A DNA stretch of 64,000 nucleotides, taken from positions 26,695 through 90,694 of the forward strand of contig JAYPVK010000005.1 in the NCBI GenBank assembly GCA_038134565.1, read 5' to 3'. The notes under the pieces were generated by a model, which saw only the letters and a list, made by a program, of their open reading frames with translations, did no database searches and was not told where the DNA came from. The first letter of the stretch is position 1. Each line of letters begins with the position of its first letter. A program made the position numbers and the translations under genes. This DNA comes from Pseudomonadales bacterium (GTDB lineage: Bacteria; Pseudomonadota; Gammaproteobacteria; Pseudomonadales; Pseudohongiellaceae). Below are positions 47,003 to 56,212 of the stretch, one piece after another.

Positions 47003-47179
47003 TTGAGTCTTTTATGGTTCTGCTGAATCACACCGGTCCTGCCCCGGCAGGCGCGCAAGTCTACCCTAATCCTTGGGTGAAGTGCAGAACTGCCGGAGGC
47101 GGCACAAGTACCCGAGCAACACACGCTACCACTGCACGCCTTCACTGAAAGGAGCTTGCATTACTGAATTGAGGAAATC

Positions 47180-48601
47180 CTAGGGAGCCAGTTCCAGCGC
47201 CAGTGTCGTGGCCTGCCCTTCCCGCACGATTCGAATGGGCACGAAACCCCTTGTCGGCAGGTTGTTGGCGATTTCGGCGAAGTCCTCGGCCGAGGTGATC
47301 TCACGGCGGTTGAGGGCGACGATCACATCGCCAACGCGCAGGCCGGCATTTTCGCCTGGTCCGTCATTCAGCTCTGCGATGCGCACTCCCTGCAGGCCCG
47401 AAACCTGGCGCGCCTCCTCGCTAAGTTCAGTCACGCGAAATCCCAGGGGGTTGCCGCGGTCGCGCACTGCAACCGGGGACGAATCTTCCACCGCGTTGGT
47501 GGGGGAACTTCCCAGCACGACGGTTCGTTCGATCATTTCACCATTGCGGTAAATCTGAACGGCGGCGCTGGTATCCGGACGATATTGCCCAACATAAAAA
47601 GGCAGATCCGTGTAGTACTCGATTTCGTGACCATTAAACTCGAGGATGATGTCCTCATTGCGGATGCCCCCGGCGTTGGCCGGGCTGTCGGGTTGCACCT
47701 CATCGACAAAGGCACCGCGCGGTCGATCCAGGCCGAATATTTCAGCGAGGGCGTAATCGACCTCGCGCATGCGCACACCCAGCAGACCCCGCTCAACCCT
47801 GCCTACTTCCTTGAGCTGAGCCACGACGTTCATCGCCACATTACTTGGAATGGAAAAGGAGATGCCGTTAGAGCCACCCGTGGAACTGAGGATCTGGGAA
47901 TTGATGCCAACCACTTCGCCATTGAGATTGAACAGTGGCCCACCACTATTGCCCTGGTTGATCGCCACGTCGGTCTGGATAAAGGACATGTAGTTGTACG
48001 CCGAACGGCCGGGAACGGTTCGGCCCTTGGCACTGACGATCCCCGCTGCGGCAGAAAATTCGAGGCCAAATGGCGAACCGATGGCCAGTACCCATTCGCC
48101 CACCCGGAGGCGATCGGAGTCACCAAACTCCACATGGGGCAAGCCAGTGGAATCGATCTTCAGCAGAGCCAGATCGCTGGGCTCATCCAGGCCAACCACC
48201 TCGGCATCGAAGACGCGTCGGTCATTGAGGGTAATCTGGATTTCATCGGCTCCAACCACCACATGATTGTTGGTAATGATGTAACCGTCATCAGAAATCA
48301 GGAATCCGGACCCGACCGCGCCACGCTGGCGTTGTTCGGGTATGCCGTCCAGATTCAGGTCAGGCTCTTCTTCAGGATTGAGGCGGCGCAGCAACTCCTC
48401 TAACTCGCTGTCGGGAATCGGTGGGCGCGCTGCCACTTGCCTGAGCGTTGCGATCTCTACGATAGTGGGTGCGTTCTTCTCCACCAGATCGGCAAAATTT
48501 GGCAACTCTGCCGCCTGGGCCTGGCCTATCACCAGGATGCCGAAGGCTACCCAGGCACTACGCGACAGCCGGAGTAATTCGCTTCGAAGTCTTAAATTCA
48601 T
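47180..48601 (-). CDS. mucD: periplasmic serine endoprotease, DegP/MucD family
   Basis: Signal peptide, GNSGGPL catalytic Ser and two PDZ regions. I prefer ATG 48601 (AGGTGGA upstream) over GTG 48610. Confidence 0.9.
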   Translation of the reverse strand: MNLRLRSELLRLSRSAWVAFGILVIGQAQAAELPNFADLVEKNAPTIVEIATLRQVAARPPIPDSELEELLRRLNPEEEPDLNLDGIPEQRQRGAVGSGFLISDDGYIITNNHVVVGADEIQITLNDRRVFDAEVVGLDEPSDLALLKIDSTGLPHVEFGDSDRLRVGEWVLAIGSPFGLEFSAAAGIVSAKGRTVPGRSAYNYMSFIQTDVAINQGNSGGPLFNLNGEVVGINSQILSSTGGSNGISFSIPSNVAMNVVAQLKEVGRVERGLLGVRMREVDYALAEIFGLDRPRGAFVDEVQPDSPANAGGIRNEDIILEFNGHEIEYYTDLPFYVGQYRPDTSAAVQIYRNGEMIERTVVLGSSPTNAVEDSSPVAVRDRGNPLGFRVTELSEEARQVSGLQGVRIAELNDGPGENAGLRVGDVIVALNRREITSAEDFAEIANNLPTRGFVPIRIVREGQATTLALELAP

Positions 48602-48841
48602 AATTTCCACCTGATTCGCACCCCCTCCGCTCAGTGTGAGCCGATCGAGGGCTCTGAACAGGCTTGATCCGGTCTTGGATCCAGGCGCCGGCCGGGAGGG
48701 CTAATTTCCCGTCAAGCAGCCGCTAGAGCTGCACTTCAACCAATAAATCACTGGCTGGCAAGCAGGCCAACTTTAGCATACTGCTGATTTAATCTCACAG
48801 CGGCGGCTGCCGCCGGATTGCGCTGGTAGCGGCTCGCTGCC

Positions 48842-49426
48842 TTAGCGGGGATTGCTCTGCAGGTCGTTAACCAGACGGTAGAGTGGGGAATCCTGAATAT
48901 GCTCGATGCGCACCGGCTCCTCTTCATCGAAACTCATGCTCTCGATGTACTCCTGGAGGCGACGCTGGGCCTCGGGATCCACGACAGTCGTGGGAGCTTC
49001 AGCTACCAGGGCCGCTGGCAAGGTCCTGACCACCTGCGGGTTTTCTGCTGGAACAGAGGCCGGGCTTGCTGTCTGGCTGGCAATTTCAGGGGAGGATTGA
49101 GGCGATCCGGCGGGTTGCAGGGCAACGACGGCGACGATGGCAACGCAGGCGGCAACTGCGAGTCGCCCCATCTGCTGGCGAAAGCCGGTCACTGGCGTGG
49201 CTTGCAGGGCGGGTTCATGGGCAATTGCCTGGCTGACCCGATCTGCGAGTGATGCACTGACCGGCCTGCCCTGTTCGTGCATGACGGCCTGCGCCAGGTG
49301 GAAGCGCTGCCATTGGGCCGATAAATCAGAATCCTGCTCCACGGATTTCAGAAGGCGTCGCAGTTCTAGGTCGTCTGCTTCGCCGTCCATCAGTGCGGAT
49401 AGTGATTCTCGTTCGTAGTCGCTCAT
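48842..49426 (-). CDS. mucA: anti-sigma-E factor (RseA/MucA family)
   Basis: 194 aa. The N-terminus ESLSALMDGEADDLELRRLL is the RseA/MucA signature, with a central TM helix. Lies downstream of rpoE. Confidence 0.88.
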   Translation of the reverse strand: MSDYERESLSALMDGEADDLELRRLLKSVEQDSDLSAQWQRFHLAQAVMHEQGRPVSASLADRVSQAIAHEPALQATPVTGFRQQMGRLAVAACVAIVAVVALQPAGSPQSSPEIASQTASPASVPAENPQVVRTLPAALVAEAPTTVVDPEAQRRLQEYIESMSFDEEEPVRIEHIQDSPLYRLVNDLQSNPR

Positions 49427-49566
49427 AGATCGCCCCGATCGTTCTGCTGGCCCGTGGACCAGTCACTGTTGCCCATTATTAAGGGTTTGATTACTGGTTT
49501 CTACTTTTCTACTGCGCTCTCACAGCATTTTTTATTCTGAGCTGCTGCGGGCACACACTTCCTTCC

Positions 49567-49593
49567 TTCGACTGCAAAACCTGCCTTTAGTTC
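49567..49593 (-). promoter_or_regulatory. sigmaE-like promoter motif in the rpoE-mucA spacer
   Basis: The minus strand reads GAACTA (49593..49588), a 16-nt spacer, then TCGAA (49571..49567). Compare the consensus GGAACTT-N16-TCAAA. Confidence 0.35.
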
Positions 49594-49627
49594 GCCCTGA
49601 CTCGCAATTTATTCGAATCCTGGCGCG

Positions 49628-50197
49628 CTAGAGTAAATCGCGAATCTTTTTATCGATCGCTTCGCGTGCCCGGAAGATGCGGGAACGCACCGTTCCTACC
49701 GGGCAGTCCATCACTTCCGTGATGTCCTCATAACTAAAACCTGAGAATTCCCGCAGGGTAAATGCGGTTCGCAAGTCTTCCGGTAATTCTTCTATCGCCT
49801 CGGCGATGGCCTCCTTGAGTTTGTCGGTGGACAGGCTGCTTTCGGGATCTTCAATATCCCGCAAGACGCTGCCCATTTCCGTAACCTCTGCCTCGTCCAC
49901 ATCCACGTCGCTGGCCGGAGGGCGCCTGCTACGGGATACCAAGTGGTTCTTCGCCGTATTTACCGCGATGCGGTAGAGCCAGGTATAGAACGCGCTGTCG
50001 CCACGAAACAGTGGCAGGGCGCGGTAAGCCTTGATGAAGGCTTCCTGGCTGACATCCTCTACTTCCTGTGCGTCATGAACAATTCGGCCAACCAGAGCCG
50101 CGACACGGTGTTGATAGCGCAGGACCAACAAATTGAATGCGTTCTTGTTGCCCGCCAGCACCCTGTCAACAAGCTGTTGATCGGTATCCTCAGACAT
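49628..50197 (-). CDS. rpoE: RNA polymerase sigma factor RpoE/AlgU
   Basis: 189-aa ECF sigma with DQQLVDRVLAGNKNAFNLLVLRYQHRV, divergent from nadB as in E. coli. Confidence 0.96.
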   Translation of the reverse strand: MSEDTDQQLVDRVLAGNKNAFNLLVLRYQHRVAALVGRIVHDAQEVEDVSQEAFIKAYRALPLFRGDSAFYTWLYRIAVNTAKNHLVSRSRRPPASDVDVDEAEVTEMGSVLRDIEDPESSLSTDKLKEAIAEAIEELPEDLRTAFTLREFSGFSYEDITEVMDCPVGTVRSRIFRAREAIDKKIRDLL

Positions 50198-50296
50198 TTG
50201 TCCCTACTCCTTGCTTGCTCCAGCCCCATTCTCCAGCGCACTGCATCGGCGATTTTGAGCGTGACTGCCAGGAACAAATGCATCCATTCGCTACTG

Positions 50297-50323
50297 TCAG
50301 ACAGTCGCCAGATGCAAAAGTTC
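50297..50323 (-). promoter_or_regulatory. sigmaE/AlgU-dependent autoregulatory promoter of rpoE
   Basis: The minus strand reads GAACTT (50323..50318), exactly 16 nt, then TCTGA (50301..50297). This is identical to the AlgU consensus GAACTT-N16/17-TCTGA. It lies about 100 nt upstream of the rpoE ATG. Confidence 0.65.
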
Positions 50324-50511
50324 TCGGAAAAGATAAAATTAGCGCCACTTTACAACAATGGATCATTGTCTCGGCAGCAATTACTTGGCAGACAACAGCT
50401 GTTGACCGGATTTGATCCATGGCCGCTGCTACCGCCGTATTCTTCTGCTGTGGCTGAACAAGTCAGCAGTTATCGAAAATTCCCCTTTATTTACAAAGAG
50501 TTATGCTATAG

Positions 50512-52137
50512 ATGAGCGCATCTTACGGGCGCAGTACCGATATCCTGGTCATTGGCAGTGGCGCCGCCGGCCTCACACTGGCCCTGCGTAGCGCGGATTT
50601 TGCCCGCGTTACCGTACTCAGCAAGGGCAGCCTGCAGGAAGGCGCCACCTTCTATGCCCAGGGTGGCATTGCCGCCGTGCTGGATGATTCCGACAGTATC
50701 GAATCCCATGTGGAAGATACCCTCACCGCCGGGGTCGGGCTCTGCCACCGGCCAGTTGTAGAGCACATGGTTGCCCATAGCGCCGAAGCCGTGGGCTGGC
50801 TGGTCGCCCAGGGTGTGCCCTTCACCAGCAAGCAGGGCGGCACTGGCGACTCTGCCAAACCCGATGCCGCTACCCTCAGTTCCCTGCATCTGACCCAGGA
50901 AGGTGGCCACAGCCATCGCCGGATCATTCATGCCACGGACGCCACGGGCAAAGCAGTGTTCGAAACCTTGCGAGGGCGGGCTGAGGAGCACCCTAACATC
51001 GAGTTGCTCGAAGGCTGTACCGCTGTAGATTTAGTGACACAACCGTCCCAGACTGGCTCTGGGCGCGTCTGCGTGGGGGTTTATGTGCTGAACCAGGAGT
51101 CGCGCAAGGTTGAGGCCATCCGAGCCCGCTTTGTGGCCCTGGCCACCGGTGGCGCCAGCAAGGCCTATCTGTATACCACGAATCCGGATGGGGCCAGCGG
51201 CGATGGCATCGCCATGGCCTGGCGCGCCGGCTGCCGTGTTGCCAATATGGAGTTCAACCAGTTTCATCCAACCTGCCTCTATCACCCCCACGCCAAGTCT
51301 TTCCTGATCACCGAAGCCCTGCGCGGCGAAGGAGCGTACCTGGAACTCCCCGATGGCGAGCGTTTCATGGAACGCTTCGACAAGCGCAAGGAGCTGGCGC
51401 CGCGAGACATCGTTGCCCGGGCCATTGACCACGAAATGAAGCGTCTCGGCTGCGACTGTGTGTTCCTGAACATCAGCCACAAACCCGCGGCATTCATTCG
51501 TGACCATTTTCCGACTATTTACGAGCGGTGCCTGCATTTCGGCATCGATATCACACGCGAGCGTATTCCCGTGGTGCCAGCCGCCCACTACACCTGTGGT
51601 GGCGTCATGGTCAATGAGCGAGGCGAGACCGATATTGAAAACCTCTATGCCATCGGCGAGACCAGCTTCAGCGGCCTGCATGGCGCCAATCGTATGGCCA
51701 GTAATTCCCTGCTGGAGTGCTTTGTGGTCGCCTTCGGTGCCGCCGAGAGTATCCGTTACAAGCAACAGTACACCGCCCTGGTCGAGCAAATCGCCGAATG
51801 GGATGAGAGCCGGGTGACCGATTCCGATGACGAGGTGCTGGTGTCCCATGACTGGGATGAGATCAGGCGCTTCATGTGGGACTTCGTTGGCATCGTACGC
51901 AGCAGTAAGCGTCTGCAACGCGCCCATAGCCGTATCCAGTTGATCCGGGAAGAAGTTCGCGACTATTACATCAAGCACAAGGTTACCAATGACAACCTGG
52001 AACTGCGCAACCTGGCGCTGGTGTCAGAACTGATCATTCGCTGCGCGCTTGAGCGCAAGGAAAGCCGGGGCTTGCATTTCACCCTCGATTACCCGGAACA
52101 GGATGACGAACCCCGCGATACCATACTGACCCCGTGA
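50512..52137 (+). CDS. nadB: L-aspartate oxidase
   Basis: 541 aa with the FAD motif [12 protein letters not shown] and an HYTCGG (HYxMGG-type) block. Confidence 0.95.
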   Translation: MSASYGRSTDILVIGSGAAGLTLALRSADFARVTVLSKGSLQEGATFYAQGGIAAVLDDSDSIESHVEDTLTAGVGLCHRPVVEHMVAHSAEAVGWLVAQGVPFTSKQGGTGDSAKPDAATLSSLHLTQEGGHSHRRIIHATDATGKAVFETLRGRAEEHPNIELLEGCTAVDLVTQPSQTGSGRVCVGVYVLNQESRKVEAIRARFVALATGGASKAYLYTTNPDGASGDGIAMAWRAGCRVANMEFNQFHPTCLYHPHAKSFLITEALRGEGAYLELPDGERFMERFDKRKELAPRDIVARAIDHEMKRLGCDCVFLNISHKPAAFIRDHFPTIYERCLHFGIDITRERIPVVPAAHYTCGGVMVNERGETDIENLYAIGETSFSGLHGANRMASNSLLECFVVAFGAAESIRYKQQYTALVEQIAEWDESRVTDSDDEVLVSHDWDEIRRFMWDFVGIVRSSKRLQRAHSRIQLIREEVRDYYIKHKVTNDNLELRNLALVSELIIRCALERKESRGLHFTLDYPEQDDEPRDTILTP

Positions 52138-52601
52138 CGCGGTGCCGTGATAATCCCGAAGCGCAGATACCCGAGCAGGCTGCTGTACTGCGCGTCATTC
52201 ACCATGCCCGGGACCAGCAGCAACACCTGCGCACCGGACAGCCGGGCAGTGGCTGGCGCATCAATTGCCGCGAAATGCAGAATCATCAGGTACTCACTGG
52301 CATAGCTGACTCGGGGCAAGGCGACCCTCACCAGCCTGCCCTGCTCGTCCCGACCCATTGATAACTCGGCCCACTGGTCCCATATCAGGAAGGCCCGGAT
52401 ACGGGTACTGGAATCTGCACAGTAGTCACGATGAGCCCTCAGGGCGAGCAACAACAGCACGACCACCAGCGCCCCCTGCAATTCAGGCAGGAGCGAACTG
52501 CCGAGGACAGCCAGCACCGCCACGAGGTGCAGGGCAATGACCTGCCAGTGCAAAGATCGCGAGTATTGGCAGTCTATTCGCAAAGGGAAACTCCAGCGCA
52601 A
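52089..52601 (-). CDS. ygfX: YgfX/CptA-like inner membrane protein
   Basis: 170 aa with two N-terminal TM helices, immediately downstream of sdhE as in E. coli ygfY-ygfX. The start is uncertain. It overlaps the convergent nadB 3' end by 49 nt. Confidence 0.6.
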   Translation of the reverse strand: MRWSFPLRIDCQYSRSLHWQVIALHLVAVLAVLGSSLLPELQGALVVVLLLLALRAHRDYCADSSTRIRAFLIWDQWAELSMGRDEQGRLVRVALPRVSYASEYLMILHFAAIDAPATARLSGAQVLLLVPGMVNDAQYSSLLGYLRFGIITAPRHGVSMVSRGSSSCSG

Positions 52602-52612
52602 GCCGCTGAAGT

Positions 52613-52867
52613 CTAGTGCTGTTTCTCGTTGTGGGCGAGAATGAGCGCGATAATAGCCCGGTATTTTTCCTGGGGAGGATCGGTTTGGCGCATCAACCAG
52701 TTGAAAATGTCCTGGTCTTCTTCCTCGAGCAACTCAGCATATAACACTTGATCTGGGTGACTAAGTGCCGCAAACGCCTCGGTAGCAAATGGCACCAGCA
52801 ACAGATCCAGCTCGAGCATGCCGCGACGACTGTGCCAGAAGATTTCTTGCAGATTGAATTCAGACAT
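52613..52867 (-). CDS. sdhE: FAD assembly factor SdhE (YgfY)
   Basis: 84 aa. WHSRRGMLELDLLL contains the conserved RGxxE motif. Confidence 0.9.
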   Translation of the reverse strand: MSEFNLQEIFWHSRRGMLELDLLLVPFATEAFAALSHPDQVLYAELLEEEDQDIFNWLMRQTDPPQEKYRAIIALILAHNEKQH

Positions 52868-53076
52868 ATAATTTCAGGAGTCTCTAATCGAGCACATCGA
52901 GAAGGTTTGGCCTGAAGCCTGTCGGCGGCTGCCACAGGGTCCAGAGATCACAAGATTGATCGAAGGCTTCTACTACGCGCACAGGTCTTAAATAGATTAC
53001 AGGGTTCGGCCAGCACACACTTTCTGAGCCGGCCAGAAACAGGATTATTCAGGAATTTTCAACAATACAGAAGACT

Positions 53077-53997
53077 ATGCTAATTACCGAACTGCCAGAC
53101 TTTGGTTACCTGCAGGTAAGCGGGCCCGATTCCGTTAAATTCCTGCAAGGCCAGCTCACCTGTAATGTCGAGCGGCTCACAGCGTCCCAAAGCCTGCCGG
53201 GCGCAGTGTGCAACCTCAAGGGCCGGGTGATCGCCGATTTTACACTGTTCAAGGACGGAGAGAATTACCTGCTGCAGTGCACTGCGGGCTCGGGTAGCAA
53301 GTTGCAGCAGACGCTCGCCCGCTACGCGGTGTTTTCCAAGGTAGAACTAGCCCTCGCGCAGTCCCCTGCTCGTGTCTGTGGTGTCATCGGCAACGGCGCG
53401 CGCGCGGCATTTGCCGAATTGGCGCTGGAATTCCCTGACGGAGACTATGCGGTGAGCGACAGTGCCGAGTACAGGATTCAACGCCTGCCGGGACGGGTGC
53501 CCCGTTTCCAGCTCTGGTGCAAAACCAGTGATGCCGCTGCTCGACTCCGGCAACTGGACGTCATGGAGGAGCTGACCTCCAGCGCTGCTTGGCTACGGGA
53601 GGAAATCTACGGTGGCGTCGTGCACGTCGACGCGGGCATGAGTGAGGAATACACGCCACAACTACTTAATTATGACCTGTCTGGCGTGATCGATTTCAAG
53701 AAAGGATGCTACACCGGCCAGGAAGTTGTGGCGCGCATGTTCTATCGGGGTAAGCCAAAGAAGCGCCTGCATCTCATCGCCTGTGGCGAAGACCTCGAGA
53801 CCGACACTGTAATCAGCAGCAGTTCCAGTCCTGAACAGCCAGCGGCGGAAATTCTGTCCGCGGTGCCGCGGCGTGGGGAAGAGCCCAGCGTGGCCCTGGC
53901 AATACTGCCTACAACCCTGACGGAAGCTGAACCTGCCAGCCTTGTCACCGAAACCAATATTTCCGTTCAAATCCTGCCCATGCTCTATACTGAATAA
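53077..53997 (+). CDS. ygfZ: tRNA-modifying / folate-binding protein YgfZ
   Basis: 306 aa with a GcvT-like fold and the KGCYTGQE signature. Divergent from sdhE as in E. coli. Confidence 0.9.
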   Translation: MLITELPDFGYLQVSGPDSVKFLQGQLTCNVERLTASQSLPGAVCNLKGRVIADFTLFKDGENYLLQCTAGSGSKLQQTLARYAVFSKVELALAQSPARVCGVIGNGARAAFAELALEFPDGDYAVSDSAEYRIQRLPGRVPRFQLWCKTSDAAARLRQLDVMEELTSSAAWLREEIYGGVVHVDAGMSEEYTPQLLNYDLSGVIDFKKGCYTGQEVVARMFYRGKPKKRLHLIACGEDLETDTVISSSSSPEQPAAEILSAVPRRGEEPSVALAILPTTLTEAEPASLVTETNISVQILPMLYTE

Positions 53998-54028
53998 ATA
54001 AGGACATTCAGAACGCAGGGATTAGCGC

Positions 54029-54538
54029 ATGACCGTGGACGTGGAAGAAGACAAAAACGATCTGCTGGAAGCACTCGAGCATGACAAACTGGTTCTCCCC
54101 ACCCTCCCTGAGATTGCGCTGCAGGTCAGGGAAGCGGCGAATGACCCGAACACCGATATTCCACGCCTGCAGGACCTGATTGGCAACGACGCGGCGCTTT
54201 CTGCCCGGGTCGTACGTGTCGCCGATAGTCCGCTGGTGCGCGGTGTGTAAGCCATCACGCCGGATCTTGGCGTCAAAATCCTGGAGTCCTGGAATTTCCA
54301 CCCTTCCCTGGCCCATGTGCCGAAAGATCACCTTGATTACCACAGAGACAGCGATCAGGTGGATTACATCGACATCGTGGTAGTCGCTCGTCTGCAGAGC
54401 TATGGCTACGAAGCGGGTTGCGGGCGCAGGATCAGCTCGAGGGAAGTCCCTGCCGTGGCCAAGCTGGGGCTGGAGGTCGATGATTCAGAGGATCTGGAGT
54501 TGGGCTTGCATATCGAAGAAATCGATATGGCAGTTTAG
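54029..54538 (+). pseudogene. HDOD-domain protein remnant (internal deletion plus in-frame TAA)
   Basis: The N-terminal 73 codons (LPTLPEIALQVREAANDP...ALSARVVRVADSPLVRG) end at TAA 54248. The same frame then resumes with an HDOD C-terminal block (LGVKILESWNFHPSL...VPAVAKLGL). Total length is 170 codons, versus about 280 for intact HDOD proteins. Confidence 0.7.
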
Positions 54539-54567
54539 TCCCTGCAGTAAGCTGCGAGCGTTTCCGG

Positions 54568-54948
54568 CTACTGCCAAGAAAAGTTACCTCGGCGCGTAAA
54601 GGACGCCCACAGGCTGTCCATCGTCGACAGGTTGACGTTTTCGAGCATCTGGATCACGTCGATACGGCGCGCGATCTCTTCTTCGCTGATGGATTCGAGT
54701 TCAAGAATGCGCTTGTTGAGGCGAATGGCGTCCTTCACTCCGATCAAGTACAGCAAGGCCTCGGGCTCTTCCGTCACACGCCTTATATGCAGGGAATGAA
54801 TACCGTATTCAGCAATCTTGCTCAGGCATTTCTTGCGGTCATTGAATCCGACCGCGAATTCAATGAGCACAAGACTGTCCTGGATCTCTTCTGGTAGTTC
54901 TGCCGCCTGTGGAACGCGGTAGTCGCTTAACTGGACAACTTCACCCAT
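54568..54948 (-). CDS. hypothetical protein (126 aa, no family recognised)
   Basis: Clean ATG ORF with a non-repetitive, mixed alpha/beta-looking sequence. I recognised no motif. Confidence 0.5.
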   Translation of the reverse strand: MGEVVQLSDYRVPQAAELPEEIQDSLVLIEFAVGFNDRKKCLSKIAEYGIHSLHIRRVTEEPEALLYLIGVKDAIRLNKRILELESISEEEIARRIDVIQMLENVNLSTMDSLWASFTRRGNFSWQ

Positions 54949-55356
54949 TCTCGCCTACTCATTCTTATTTTATGTTAGACGAACCCCGGATACGCGGCGC
55001 CAGATCGGCTGCCGTGGAGGGTTAGTGCAGAGTATTCTGAACCCGTGAATTTGGTGGCGTCAACATATTGATTTTCATAAGGATCTTTTTGCAAAATTCA
55101 ATTGAAGAAATACTGATAACTGAAAATTCAGCGGGTATTTCAGGATTGAAAACCGGGATCCGACAGGGCTGACCTGGGGTTGACGAAGTTTTGCCGTTAT
55201 TTTAGTGGGATTTGCCGCCTGACACTCAATGTGGGCCTGAGCGTCTGGCAGTGTGCAACCAGTTTTGGGAGGTCGACCTCGGCGTTCCCCAGCAACAGCT
55301 ACTTTCGCGTTCAAGAGTCGATAACTCTCTAGACCAGAGCAAGACTCTGTGTAAGC

Positions 55357-55433
55357 TGGTGTCCCCGGCAGGAATCGAACCTGCAACCTACGCCTTAGGA
55401 GGGCGTCGCGCTATCCAGTTGTGCCACGAGGAC
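55357..55433 (-). tRNA. argW: tRNA-Arg (anticodon CCT)
   Basis: 77 nt, GTCCTCG...CGGGGACACCA. It has a 7-bp acceptor stem, anticodon stem ACGCC/GGCGT with loop CTCCTAA, T-arm GCAGG-TTCGATT-CCTGC and an encoded CCA. Very similar to E. coli argW. Confidence 0.93.
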
Positions 55434-55502
55434 ATGGGGCGCAAGTATATACTTATGCTCCGCTCTACCCCACCATTAGCAGGCAATTAAATCCAAGTCG
55501 CC

Positions 55503-56204
55503 ATGATCAGCATCATCCTGCCCACCTACAACGAATCGGAATCCGGATTCCTACAGCCTGTCCTACACAGCTTTAGCAGCTGGGATGACTGCGAAGTCAT
55601 TATTGTCGACGGGGGGAGTGTGGATGGCACCCTGGAACAGTTGCAGCAAACTCCGTGGCAGCTTGTGCAGTTGCCCCGAAGCTCCCGCGCCGCACGCTTG
55701 CAGAAGGGGCTGGAACTGAGTCGGGGAGAAATCGTCCTGCTACACCATCCTCGCAGCCTGCTGGATGCCTCAGCCATCCCGCAATTACAGGAACTCGCTG
55801 AGTCCGACTCCGCGTTTTGGGGCGGATTCAGCCAGGCGTTCGATCTGCAACATCCCCTGCTGGATTTTACATCCTGGTATTCGAATCATATCCGGCTGGA
55901 CAGGCGCCAGATCGTCTATCTCGACCATTGCCTGTTTATGCATCGCCGATTACTGGACCAGGGCCTCACCGTCCCCAACCTGGAAATATTTGAAGACACC
56001 GCACTCTCCCGAGCATTGCGACGCATGACCCGGGCCACTCGCCTGCCTGCGAAGTCCACGACTTCCGCGATACGCTTCCAGCGCAACGGAGTCATACGGC
56101 AATCCGCCATGAATCAACTGCTGAAACTGGGATACTCGCTGGGTATTTCGCCGGCGCGCATGAACCGGTGGTATGAAAAGGGCCTCGACCTCAACCAGCA
56201 CTAA
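55503..56204 (+). CDS. family-2 glycosyltransferase, TIGR04283-like (arsenosugar / rSAM-selenodomain-associated transferase 2 type)
   Basis: 233 aa with IILPTYNES and VDGGSVDGT GT-A motifs. The size and layout fit the small GT family that co-occurs with ArsS-type radical SAM genes. Convergent with arsS, separated by 8 nt. Confidence 0.65.
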   Translation: MISIILPTYNESESGFLQPVLHSFSSWDDCEVIIVDGGSVDGTLEQLQQTPWQLVQLPRSSRAARLQKGLELSRGEIVLLHHPRSLLDASAIPQLQELAESDSAFWGGFSQAFDLQHPLLDFTSWYSNHIRLDRRQIVYLDHCLFMHRRLLDQGLTVPNLEIFEDTALSRALRRMTRATRLPAKSTTSAIRFQRNGVIRQSAMNQLLKLGYSLGISPARMNRWYEKGLDLNQH

Positions 56205-56212
56205 AACCAGCA

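Noticed and set aside
54949-55502. Possible genomic island integrated at tRNA-Arg(CCU)
   Set aside because: There is no integrase, no direct repeat of the tRNA 3' end that I could spot, and no phage or transposon genes on either side. I kept only a weak scar hypothesis as a finding.
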